In this document: in pieces, positions 9,188 through 17,818 of the stretch
How positions within the stretch are numbered: the stretch's first letter is position 1
Layout of the letters: every line of letters starts with the position of its first letter
NCBI GenBank assembly: GCA_964371065.1
Contig: CAYJLS010000001.1
Coordinates: 4,383-68,382, forward strand
Length of the DNA: 64,000 nucleotides
Source: an uncultured Anaerolineaceae bacterium
GTDB taxonomy: Bacteria; Chloroflexota; Anaerolineae; Anaerolineales; Villigracilaceae
Direction of reading: 5' to 3'
Program-made: the position numbers and the translations under genes
The notes under the pieces: generated by a model
The model's input: only the letters and a program-made list of their open reading frames with translations
The model's database searches: none
What the model was told of the DNA's origin: nothing

Positions 9188-10587
9188 GAATTCTCCTTAA
9201 CCAAAATTCCCGCCAGGATGCCGGGGATGATCCAGATATTCGGCGTGGCGAATGAATCCTGGGTCACATTATATAAGGCAATCGCCAGCCAGGCAAAAAG
9301 CCCGGCGATGCCGAGGAAGCGGAGGAAGCCACTGCGTTGCAAATGCAAGAGGGAATCAGCCAGCGTGGAAAATAAAAATACAAAAAACAAAACGAATCCA
9401 ACCAACCCTGTTTCAGCCAGCAGGCGCACGTACAGATTTTTTGGATTCGGGAACAGCCGGCTTTGCGGATTCAGTTGTTTTGCAACTTCCGGCACGGTGG
9501 TCAATGTCCAATCGGGAAGATTGCCGTAGATCCAAAAGCCGCTGGCGCCGAGTCCCACGCCCGTGATGGGATGCTCGTCATACGCGGCCAGCGCGCCCGC
9601 GGCGTAGGCGCTGCGCCCGCCCGCGTTGATGTCAACGAGGTATTCGCTCAGGTTTTTGGCGGAGCTATCCCACAGGCGGCGGAAATAATTCTTCTGCCCG
9701 AGGAACAACGCCGCGCCCGCCAACGTGCCGAGCAGCGCGGCGATCATGGCCACGCGCAACAGCCAGCCGCGGTGGAATCCGCCGAAGAACCAGTTCGAGG
9801 CGACGCGCAGGTGGGCGCGTCCGACCAGCAGGAAGGTCAGCCCCGAGACGCCGAGTCCGATCAGGATGCCGCCGCGCGAGTAGGTGGCTAAAAGCGTCAG
9901 CGCGGAAAATGCCAGTAAAACAGGTTCCAGCCACATCGTCCGCGTGAGGCGGGTTTTTGTCAAGAGCGCCGCGAACAGGATCGGCAGGTACAACGTCACG
10001 ATCTGTCCCGCGAGCCAGGCGGGCTCGTAGGCCAGCCCCGAAATGCGGTTGGTGCGGACGAGTTCGCGCACCGAGAAGGCCAACTGCCAGTGCGTGACCA
10101 TTTCCTTTTCGAGCAGGGGGGTGTAAAACGTGACGGCTTGCAGGGCGCTCCAGGCCAGGTCGAGGCCGAGGCCTGCGAGCATCCAGCGGAACGTAAATTT
10201 GACTTCGGCCTCGTCGCGGTTCATCCACGCGGCGGAGAGGAAGAAGGCCAGCCCGATGGCGAGCGTGACGAGGGCGCGGAGGGCGCGGTCAAGATAATCC
10301 TGCCCGCGCAGGGGGAGCGGGGCGATCAGGACGCCGAGGCTGGTGACTGCGAACGCGGCGGCCGCGAACAACCCCAGCAGGAGGGCGCTCCCCGTCCACG
10401 GAAAGGGGTGCTGGCGGCGGATGGCCTGGATGAGCAGAACCGGCAACAGCAACGCCAGCGGGTACAACGCCAGCGGGCGGACGAGGGCGCCATCGCCGAG
10501 GAAGGGGAACCAGCGAAAACTTGTGACGGGCAGGGAGACCAGCGCCGCGGCCCAAAGAAAGCGCGTGACGCGATTTAAGTCTTTCAT
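9184..10587 (-). CDS. O-antigen ligase/Wzy-like polytopic membrane protein
   Basis: About 12 TM; TYSRGG; HPITGVGLG..NPKNLYVRLLAETGLVG Wzy_C-like region. Confidence 0.8.
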   Translation of the reverse strand: MKDLNRVTRFLWAAALVSLPVTSFRWFPFLGDGALVRPLALYPLALLLPVLLIQAIRRQHPFPWTGSALLLGLFAAAAFAVTSLGVLIAPLPLRGQDYLDRALRALVTLAIGLAFFLSAAWMNRDEAEVKFTFRWMLAGLGLDLAWSALQAVTFYTPLLEKEMVTHWQLAFSVRELVRTNRISGLAYEPAWLAGQIVTLYLPILFAALLTKTRLTRTMWLEPVLLAFSALTLLATYSRGGILIGLGVSGLTFLLVGRAHLRVASNWFFGGFHRGWLLRVAMIAALLGTLAGAALFLGQKNYFRRLWDSSAKNLSEYLVDINAGGRSAYAAGALAAYDEHPITGVGLGASGFWIYGNLPDWTLTTVPEVAKQLNPQSRLFPNPKNLYVRLLAETGLVGFVLFFVFLFSTLADSLLHLQRSGFLRFLGIAGLFAWLAIALYNVTQDSFATPNIWIIPGILAGILVKENS

Positions 10588-11240
10588 CTTTCGTCTTTCT
10601 TTTTCGCCCCAAAGTTAAAAAACAAAAAGACAAAAGCCCCGAGGAACCAGGCAGCAAGCGTTCCCGCCAACAAATACGCGCTGAACGGAACACTGCGTCC
10701 TTTGGGCAGGTTGGCAGACTCGGTGACTTCAATTTTGATGAAGGCGTTCAGTCCCTCCTGCGCGCGGACGTTGGCCTGCGCGGCCTCTGCAAAGGCCTGC
10801 GCCCAGGTGGACGCCAGCGCCTCGGCGCGTTTTGCATCCTCATCATCGGCGTAAAAATGCCAGCCGGCTTCAGCAGGTTGGCTGAGTCCCAGTTTGCCCT
10901 CGCGTAATTCGCGGACGGTTACTGCGCCGTCTGCCCCTGCCACAACCTGCATCACCGCGTCGGACCAGGCAACTCGTTCCAGTTTCCGCGACTCGCGCTC
11001 GAGGTAATAGAACTGCTCACGGTCGGTCTCCTGCGGCCAGGCCTGTTCGAGGTTGAAGTCCACGTTGACGGTGGCACGCGCCCGATAGGGCGGCGGGACG
11101 ATGAAATAAATCGCGGCGCCGAGCAACGCGCCGAGCAGGGCGGCCAGCAACCAGAAGCGCCAGGCGCGCAGGAGGCGGATTACGTCAGCGAGGGAGGGGG
11201 AAGAAAAGATGAAAGATGAAAGATGAAAGATGAAGGGCAT
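10584..11240 (-). CDS. Wzz-like chain-length/polysaccharide co-polymerase-like protein (start uncertain)
   Basis: Two TM flanking a soluble domain; PPYRARATV after TM1; overlaps the next gene by 4 bp; N-terminus encoded by an AAAGATG heptamer run. Confidence 0.55.
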   Translation of the reverse strand: MPFIFHLSSFIFSSPSLADVIRLLRAWRFWLLAALLGALLGAAIYFIVPPPYRARATVNVDFNLEQAWPQETDREQFYYLERESRKLERVAWSDAVMQVVAGADGAVTVRELREGKLGLSQPAEAGWHFYADDEDAKRAEALASTWAQAFAEAAQANVRAQEGLNAFIKIEVTESANLPKGRSVPFSAYLLAGTLAAWFLGAFVFLFFNFGAKKKDER

Positions 11241-11340
11241 GGGATGGGAGGTGATGTCGCGTAGTTACGTAGTTTGATAGTTGCGTAGTTTCGTAGTTCC
11301 GTGTGTACCTGTGTACGTATATACCTGTGTACCCGTTCAC
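11206..11340. repeat. Heptamer (AAAGATG) and octamer (CGTAGTTT, GTGTACCT) arrays
   Basis: Visible periodicity. Confidence 0.8.
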
Positions 11341-11497
11341 GGTTTTCCTTGCGCGCAATTATACGCCAGAGTATCCATGAACGAAGTACCCCCTGGACAT
11401 CCTGTCGCTGGGGAATTCCGCGAGGATAACTTGAACAATACAACACAGATCATTAAACCAATGAAGTTTGGGCGTGGTTCAGAAACCCAGAAAGTTA

Positions 11498-11758
11498 GAT
11501 TGACACTTTGATTTACACTTCGGCAAATTTTTGACAACCACCTGGCATGAACCGCCATTCGCAGCGGCTTTTGCCGCGTTGGTTTCGTGGTCAACGGATG
11601 GGGAAACGGACACCTGCGGTGGGTGCAGGTGTCCGTTTTATATCCGTTGACCATTATCAGCTGGCAGAATTGGCCTCGCGCGGCGATAGGCTAAATGATC
11701 GCCAGTTTTTGGAAGTCGCGCTGAAAAACTGTCAAGGATGATTTTGAAAGTGTCAATC
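11498..11758. mobile_element. 261-bp MITE-like element with 12-bp TIRs and TTA target duplication
   Basis: GATTGACACTTT 11498-11509 / AAAGTGTCAATC 11747-11758; TTA at 11495-11497 and 11759-11761; internal 66-bp hairpin; no transposase. Confidence 0.7.
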
Positions 11759-11820
11759 TTACTTGAACCACGCCGAAGTTTGTTTCCTCCCCCAGGTGGG
11801 GGTATAGCGCAAAACTCTCG

Positions 11821-12822
11821 GTGGCTTTTTGCCAAAAACCAAAAAGCGGCTGTTTTGTGGATGCGGCTGTCATTCTTTTATACAACCCGGCTACGCAGGC
11901 ATTGGAGTACACCACAGGGCGCGGCTTTCGCACAGAGTCCCTGCAACACACACGCCTGCCGCTGGGGGAAGGTTACGCTGGCCGGGCAGCGTTGGCGCGC
12001 CAAATGATACACATTCCAGACCTTCAGGGAAGGAGGACTGATTTTCTGCGTTCGCCCACATTCTTTCAGGAGGGTTTTATCTCTTATTTTGGTATTCCCC
12101 TGATAGCCAAAGGCGAGATCAAGGGCGTGCTGGAGGTTTTCCATCGCGCCGCTTTCGAGGCGGAAACCGAATGGCTGAATTTTCTTGAAACGCTAGCCGG
12201 GCAAACGGCAATCGCGATTGACAATGCGGCTTTATTCAAAGGTCTGCAACTTTCGAATATTGAACTAACCATGGCCTATGATGCCACCATCGAAGGCTGG
12301 TCACGCGCCATGGATTTGCGCGACAAAGAGACCGAAGGCCACACCCAGCGCGTGACCGAGATGAGCCAGCGCCTGGCGCGCGCCATGCGGATAAACGAAG
12401 CAGAACTGGTCAACATGCGGTGGGGAGCATTGCTCCATGACATTGGCAAAATGGGCGTCTCGGACGGGATCCTACACAAACCCGGCCCTCTGACAGACGA
12501 AGAATGGGTGGCGATGAAAAAGCACCCAACCTTTGCCTACGAGATGCTTGCCCCCATTTCTTATTTGCATGCTGCACTCGACATCCCGTATTGTCATCAT
12601 GAAAAATGGGACGGCTCCGGCTACCCGCGCGGCTTGAAAGGTGAGCAAATCCCGCTGGCGGCGCGCATTTTTGCAGTGGTGGATGTGTGGGATGCGCTGA
12701 CATCAGACCGCCCTTACCGCCCCGCCTGGACAAAAGAAAAAGTGCGGGAATATATCCGCAGCTCATCAGGAACGCACTTTGATCCGCAGGTGGTGGATGT
12801 ATTCATGCAGATCCTAAATTAA
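11821..12822 (+). CDS. GAF plus HD-GYP c-di-GMP phosphodiesterase, probably 5'-truncated
   Basis: DKETEGHTQRV, HDIGK, HHEKWDGSGYPRGLKGEQIP; recognisable GAF begins abruptly near 11857. Confidence 0.85.
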   Translation: MAFCQKPKSGCFVDAAVILLYNPATQALEYTTGRGFRTESLQHTRLPLGEGYAGRAALARQMIHIPDLQGRRTDFLRSPTFFQEGFISYFGIPLIAKGEIKGVLEVFHRAAFEAETEWLNFLETLAGQTAIAIDNAALFKGLQLSNIELTMAYDATIEGWSRAMDLRDKETEGHTQRVTEMSQRLARAMRINEAELVNMRWGALLHDIGKMGVSDGILHKPGPLTDEEWVAMKKHPTFAYEMLAPISYLHAALDIPYCHHEKWDGSGYPRGLKGEQIPLAARIFAVVDVWDALTSDRPYRPAWTKEKVREYIRSSSGTHFDPQVVDVFMQILN

Positions 12823-12843
12823 ATTTGAGACCTCCCCCAACCA

Positions 12844-12878
12844 CCTGTCCAAATTGCATTCTGCGCAATTTGGACAGG
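12844..12878. terminator. Stem-loop between convergent genes
   Basis: CCTGTCCAAATTGC / GCAATTTGGACAGG 14-bp stem. Confidence 0.65.
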
Positions 12879-12886
12879 GAGAGGGG

Positions 12887-13018
12887 TTACTTAAAAATAG
12901 ATGGCAGGTAGAGCCAGTGCGAGGAATCGGCCTGACAGCGCAGGATCGTGACCTTATTGTCCGATGGGCGGCCCACGACAATCCTGAATCCTGTGGTCAT
13001 CCAGTTTGAGGTTTTCAT
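12887..13018 (-). CDS. Candidate 43-aa small protein MKTSNWMTTGFRIVVGRPSDNKVTILRCQADSSHWLYLPSIFK
   Basis: GGAGA upstream of ATG; open frame; hairpin right after the stop. Confidence 0.35.
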   Translation of the reverse strand: MKTSNWMTTGFRIVVGRPSDNKVTILRCQADSSHWLYLPSIFK

Positions 13019-13052
13019 AGAAGTTTCTCCATCAAAATAGCCACGCAACCAA

Positions 13053-14072
13053 CTACCGAACTAACTTGACCCTCATCACCAGCCGATCTTTTGCGCCGAA
13101 GCGATATTTGTATTCCTCGTTGCCGCGCATGAAATCGAACTCGGAGCGTCCATGCTCGCAGGCCCATTGCAGGCTGTGGGACAGCAGAACCCAGCCGGGG
13201 GACAGTTCTATGAAGTCGCGGTTGACTCCCGAATTGTAGCCCCACAACCGGTCCCCGTAATCGAAGTTGAAAGACCCCGCGGCTTTTTGCCCGCCGACCT
13301 CCAGGAAGGCCAGCCACAGCCAGCCGCCGCGCAGCGCCGTGCGCGCGGTGGCGAGCATTTGACGGCGCATCGGCTCGGTCAGGAATTTCTCCTTGGCGGG
13401 GTCCTGCGTCATCAGCGCGAAGAACCCGTCCATTTCGGCATCGAGTGTGGACTCGTCCTCGACGATGTACCAGCGCACAGGGATTTCGTGTTCGGCGGCG
13501 CGGCGTAACTTGCGCCTGATCTCGTGGCGCTGTTTCTTGTCAATGCCCGCGAGATAAGTTTCGAAGTCCGCGGGCAGGGGGATGTAGGGCGCGGGCTGGT
13601 AGACTTCGCGCGTGAACGTCCAGCCGCGGGCCGCAGATTCCGCTTCGAGGGCGGGGAGGCTGGGAGAGGCTTCGGGGAGGTTAACCCAATCGAGGGCGCG
13701 CCAACTCAAAGTCCCGCGTGAGGCGAGGAAGTCGAGCAATCCGCTCACAAAGCGCGGCAGGTCCGCCGGGCGGACGATCAAATCCAGATAGTCGGAAATC
13801 TCAATCGAGCCGAGCAACATCAATGCGGACAGGCCGTCGCGATTCATCGTCTGGAACAACGGCGCAATCCCGACAAGGCGCTCGTTTTCGCGCGCCGTGA
13901 CGACGACCAGTTCGGCCTGCGGCCATTCGCCGCCACCGAGAGTCTGCCACCAATCGCGCAGATATTCGAAGCGCAGGAAAGGCGCGTCGGTGACGCTTTC
14001 CGCCAGCATGGCGTTCCACTCGTCCGCCAGCGGCGCGAGGCTTTCAAATTGCGTGTGTAGGGTGAATTCCAT
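13053..14072 (-). CDS. CelD/BcsL-like GNAT acetyltransferase
   Basis: Start MEFTL at 14072; SDYLDLI, KQRHEIRRKLRR, LSPGWVLL, FDFMRGNEEYKYRFG. Confidence 0.88.
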   Translation of the reverse strand: MEFTLHTQFESLAPLADEWNAMLAESVTDAPFLRFEYLRDWWQTLGGGEWPQAELVVVTARENERLVGIAPLFQTMNRDGLSALMLLGSIEISDYLDLIVRPADLPRFVSGLLDFLASRGTLSWRALDWVNLPEASPSLPALEAESAARGWTFTREVYQPAPYIPLPADFETYLAGIDKKQRHEIRRKLRRAAEHEIPVRWYIVEDESTLDAEMDGFFALMTQDPAKEKFLTEPMRRQMLATARTALRGGWLWLAFLEVGGQKAAGSFNFDYGDRLWGYNSGVNRDFIELSPGWVLLSHSLQWACEHGRSEFDFMRGNEEYKYRFGAKDRLVMRVKLVR

Positions 14073-14160
14073 GAGATTCCCAAAGAAAGGAGAGGGGTGA
14101 ATAAATTTTACCAGTATAATGATGGAGACTTTTCGCAAGTTCTTACATCGTGGTGAAAAC

Positions 14161-16587
14161 GTGCCGATTGACCTGAACATCCTCAGCCTATATCGCCTGA
14201 ACGGACAGGAACAAAACAGCCTGCCCGGCCTGGCGGCGTTTGCACCGCCCCGCAAAGCGGCTCGCGGCCGCGAGCGCGAGCCTCTATTCGTCTCGCTCCT
14301 GCTCAATGGCAATACACCCTTTGCCGCGGCAGAGTATGACAAGCTGACCGGCGACGCGGCGGCCGCATTCCACGGTACGCACGGTGCGCTCACCTCTGCC
14401 CTGCGCGCCGCGGCCGAGTCCATCAACCGCGCATTGCTCGAGCGCAACTTGTCCACCACCGGGCGCGGGCAATATGCCATCGGCTGGCTCACCCTGGCGA
14501 TCCTGCGCGAGTCCCAACTCACCATTTTGCAATGCGGCCCCACGCACGTGCTTTCATTCAGCGGCGGCGTCCCCCGCCACCTGTACGACCCCGCGCTCTC
14601 CGGCAAAGGCCTCGGCCTCAGCCAGGGCATCAGCCAGTTTTTTTCGCAGATTCAACTCCAGCCCGGCGACCGCCTGCTGGTCTGCCCGAAACTGCCGCCC
14701 GCCTGGGAAAACGTACTCGGCTCGGACCGCGGCCTGCCCGCGCTCGAGTCCACGCGCAAGCGCATGTTGGCGCTGGTGGAAGGCGACGTGAGCGGCGCGC
14801 TTATCCAGGCGACAGAGGGGACGGGGGACATGCTCCTCTCCAGATCGGATGGAACTCCGCCGCCTCCCCCGCCCAAGCCGGTTGACGTCTCCCCGGCCGT
14901 TGATTCAGCCCCGGCTTTTATCCCGTCCCCCCCCGCGCGTAGAGACGTTGCACGCAACGTCTCTACGGCCGCGCACGTGGTGGGCCGCCCGCGCGAGGAC
15001 CAGCCGTCCGCCTACGCCATTCCGCCCGAGCCCGCGCAGGACGATGAGATGCTGGTGGAGCAATTGGCCTCGGCCGCCATGGCGCGGCAATTCCCGCCCT
15101 CCATCCCGCGCGCCAAACCCAACGAACCTGAACTGGAATCCATCCCCGAAGCGGACGACGAGGCAGAACCCGAATTCGAGGCAGTGGACACCACGTCCGC
15201 CGCGCCGCGCCGTTCGCCCGAGGAAATCGCCTTGCGCCACGCGGAGGGGAATCGTCAGGCGGCGCGCGCCGCGGTCAGCGGGATCCAGGCCTGGCGTCGC
15301 GTGACCGAACAGGCCGGGGCGCGCCTCCGCAAGTTCCTGCCGAATCTCCTGCCCGGCGGCGAATCCGATATCTCCCTGCCCGTCCCGGCCATGGCGTTCA
15401 TTTCCATTCTCGTCCCGCTGCTGGTGGTGACGATTGCCATTGTGGTTTATATGCGTTTTGGGGTCAGTTCGCAGTATGACATGTACATTACGCAAGCGCA
15501 AACCCTGCGGTCCCAGGCCATGAACGAAACCGATCCCGTGCGCCGGCGCGAGGCGTGGAACAACGTGCTTCAGCGCGTGGCGCTGGCGGAAAAGTATAAC
15601 GTCACCGGCGATACCCAGTCCATGCGGCAGGAAGCGCAGGCGCAGCTGGACGCCTTGCTGGGCGTGTCGCGCTTGCATTTCAGTCCCATTTTCAGCGCGG
15701 GTGCGGGCGCGGAGATCAGCCGCATGGCGGCCAGCGACACCGACCTGTTCATGCTCGACGCGGTGAAGGGAAACATCCTGCGCGCCGCAGTGACCGGGCG
15801 CGGCTATGAACTGGACGCCGCCTTTGATTGCCGGCCCGGCGTATACGGCAATATCACCGTCGGCCCGCTGGTGGATTTGCTGATCCTGCCCAAGTCGAAC
15901 ATGCTCAATTCCTCGACGCTGGGCGTGGACGCGGCGGGCAATTTATTGTATTGCGCGCCCGGGCAGACGCCGCGTGCGCTCACGCTGACCCCGCCAGGCA
16001 CCAACTGGGGGCGCGTCGTCGCGGTGGCGCTGGACAGCAACAAATTGTACGTGCTGGACGCGCCCGCGCGGGCGGTCTGGATCTACAACGGCAAACAAGA
16101 TGCCGTCACGCAGGAGGAGATGGACACTTTCGAGGATGCGCCCTACATCTTTTTCGGCATCCAGATCCCGGAGATCCAGGACGCGATTGACATTGCGGTC
16201 AGCGGCGATGAGTTATTTCTCCTGCATGCGGATGGGCGGCTCACCTATTGCATGTACAGCCGCATTGACGATGTTCCCACCCGCTGTGACTCGCCGGTAA
16301 AATTGTTGAACCGTTTCCCGGCCTACGGGGATACGGATGTTTTCTCGCTGGCGCATTTCACGCAGATGACCTGGACCGGCATGCCCGATTCGACCCTGTT
16401 CCTGCTGGACGCGGACGGCCAGTCGGTGTACCGCCTGAGTTCGCGGGGGTTTGAGTTGCAGGGTATTCTGGGCGCGGCCTCCGGGGCTTTGCCTTCCGGT
16501 CAGTTGGGCGCGATGACCACCAGCCCGAGCCACATCCTGTACCTGGCGCGCGGCGACCAGGTCTACGTCACGAACGACGCGCCGTAA
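14161..16587 (+). CDS. Hypothetical: PP2C-like N-domain, Pro/Glu-rich linker, TM, beta-propeller-like C-domain
   Basis: Long ORF with host-like codon usage; QLQPGDRLLVC, TM near aa 430, repeated LYVLD/LFLL strands; ATG 14119 overlaps a TATAAT so GTG 14161 preferred. Confidence 0.6.
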   Translation: MPIDLNILSLYRLNGQEQNSLPGLAAFAPPRKAARGREREPLFVSLLLNGNTPFAAAEYDKLTGDAAAAFHGTHGALTSALRAAAESINRALLERNLSTTGRGQYAIGWLTLAILRESQLTILQCGPTHVLSFSGGVPRHLYDPALSGKGLGLSQGISQFFSQIQLQPGDRLLVCPKLPPAWENVLGSDRGLPALESTRKRMLALVEGDVSGALIQATEGTGDMLLSRSDGTPPPPPPKPVDVSPAVDSAPAFIPSPPARRDVARNVSTAAHVVGRPREDQPSAYAIPPEPAQDDEMLVEQLASAAMARQFPPSIPRAKPNEPELESIPEADDEAEPEFEAVDTTSAAPRRSPEEIALRHAEGNRQAARAAVSGIQAWRRVTEQAGARLRKFLPNLLPGGESDISLPVPAMAFISILVPLLVVTIAIVVYMRFGVSSQYDMYITQAQTLRSQAMNETDPVRRREAWNNVLQRVALAEKYNVTGDTQSMRQEAQAQLDALLGVSRLHFSPIFSAGAGAEISRMAASDTDLFMLDAVKGNILRAAVTGRGYELDAAFDCRPGVYGNITVGPLVDLLILPKSNMLNSSTLGVDAAGNLLYCAPGQTPRALTLTPPGTNWGRVVAVALDSNKLYVLDAPARAVWIYNGKQDAVTQEEMDTFEDAPYIFFGIQIPEIQDAIDIAVSGDELFLLHADGRLTYCMYSRIDDVPTRCDSPVKLLNRFPAYGDTDVFSLAHFTQMTWTGMPDSTLFLLDADGQSVYRLSSRGFELQGILGAASGALPSGQLGAMTTSPSHILYLARGDQVYVTNDAP

Positions 16588-16637
16588 AGCGAGATACTAT
16601 CTCGCTTTACGGTTTTGATGCACCAAAGGAGCGCACG

Positions 16638-17666
16638 ATGTCCAACTCTTCCGGCAATTTCATCGGTTCCCTGCTGGCGTTCATCTCCTCCCTGTTTGGG
16701 AAGAAACAACCCACCCCCGTTCCGGTCACACCTGCGGGCATCCCCGACAGCCCGGATGAGGTGGCGCCCCTCACCACCAGCAAGGTGATGACCATCGTCT
16801 ACGACCCGACCATGAACGACGGCCAGAAACTTTCGCAGAAGATGGGCTGGCACCGCCCGGATGACCTGGTGACCGCCTGCGCGGCCGACATCCTGACATG
16901 CAGCCACGGGATGGCGCGCTACCAGATCGTCCAGCGCGTCGCGGCGGACGAATTCCCCGTAAAAGTGGACGGCTACCGCTACACCCCGCAGGCCTACCTG
17001 GACGTTCTGCGCGGCGCGGCCCAACCGCACGTTCCGGCGGATGCGGACTACGCCGACATCCTGGCGCGTTTCAATATCCTGTCCAAAATTTCCAGCGGTG
17101 AAATTGACGAAGTATGGATCTTCAACTTTCCGCACGCCGGCTTTTACGAATCGATCATGGGTGGGGCGGGCGCGTTCTGGTGCAATGCGCCGCCGCTCAA
17201 AAACACCGCCCAGTGCGCCCGCCGTTTCGTGCTGATGGGATTCAGTTACGAGCGTTACGTCGGCGAGATGCTCGAATCCTTCGGCCACCGCACGGAATCG
17301 ATCATGGCAAAGACTTTTGAAAAACTCAGCGGCGAGGCCAACCTGTGGACGCGCTTCATCCGCTACGACAAGTCCGCGCCGGGCCAGGCCGCCTGCGGCA
17401 ACATCCATTATGCGCCCAACAGCCAGCGCGACTACGACTGGAACAATCCCGCCGCCGTCCCCAGCGAATGCTACGATTGGCAACTCAACTTCCCAAATTT
17501 GAAGGGCGATGTCCGCGCCGTCACCGCCGCGGAGTGGGGCAGCGGCGACATCCGCCTGCATCACCAGTGGTGGCTGACCCGCATCCCGCACGCGGCGGGA
17601 CGCAAAAACGGCGTCCACAACGATTGGTGGCAATATATTATTGATCCGAACAAAGTCAATGTTTAA
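16638..17666 (+). CDS. Hypothetical protein with N-terminal amphipathic helix
   Basis: AGGAG RBS, 342-aa ORF, downstream terminator. Confidence 0.75.
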   Translation: MSNSSGNFIGSLLAFISSLFGKKQPTPVPVTPAGIPDSPDEVAPLTTSKVMTIVYDPTMNDGQKLSQKMGWHRPDDLVTACAADILTCSHGMARYQIVQRVAADEFPVKVDGYRYTPQAYLDVLRGAAQPHVPADADYADILARFNILSKISSGEIDEVWIFNFPHAGFYESIMGGAGAFWCNAPPLKNTAQCARRFVLMGFSYERYVGEMLESFGHRTESIMAKTFEKLSGEANLWTRFIRYDKSAPGQAACGNIHYAPNSQRDYDWNNPAAVPSECYDWQLNFPNLKGDVRAVTAAEWGSGDIRLHHQWWLTRIPHAAGRKNGVHNDWWQYIIDPNKVNV

Positions 17667-17683
17667 ATTAGAACTGTCGGCAT

Positions 17684-17727
17684 GCAGGAGCGCCGCGACC
17701 TAGGCGGCGCGGCGCTCCTGCGCTTTT
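17684..17727 (+). terminator. Rho-independent terminator
   Basis: GCAGGAGCGCCGCG / CGCGGCGCTCCTGC stem followed by GCTTTT. Confidence 0.75.
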
Positions 17728-17818
17728 ACGGACAGAAATGTTTGCAAATTTAATTGGCGACTGTTCTTGATTCGTAGTACAGAGTGGCTGTAAGGCTTAA
17801 AATATTGCCAAAGGAAAA

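Noticed and set aside
11588-11653. Integron attC site
   Set aside because: Ends do not fit RYYYAAC/GTTRRRY, and there is no integrase or cassette array
11377-11830. ORF 11377 as the lost N-terminus of the HD-GYP gene split by the MITE
   Set aside because: Removing the MITE in silico gives a stop immediately after the junction
11799-11856. Possible second IS end just before the HD-GYP gene
   Set aside because: No partner terminus visible in the window; cannot be supported without an ISfinder search
14073-14630. 525-aa version of the GNAT ORF and other long N-terminal extensions (45309-46403, 54071-55183, 27540-28394, 51222-52169)
   Set aside because: Extensions overlap opposite-strand genes or are translated repeat arrays; downstream starts fit family N-termini
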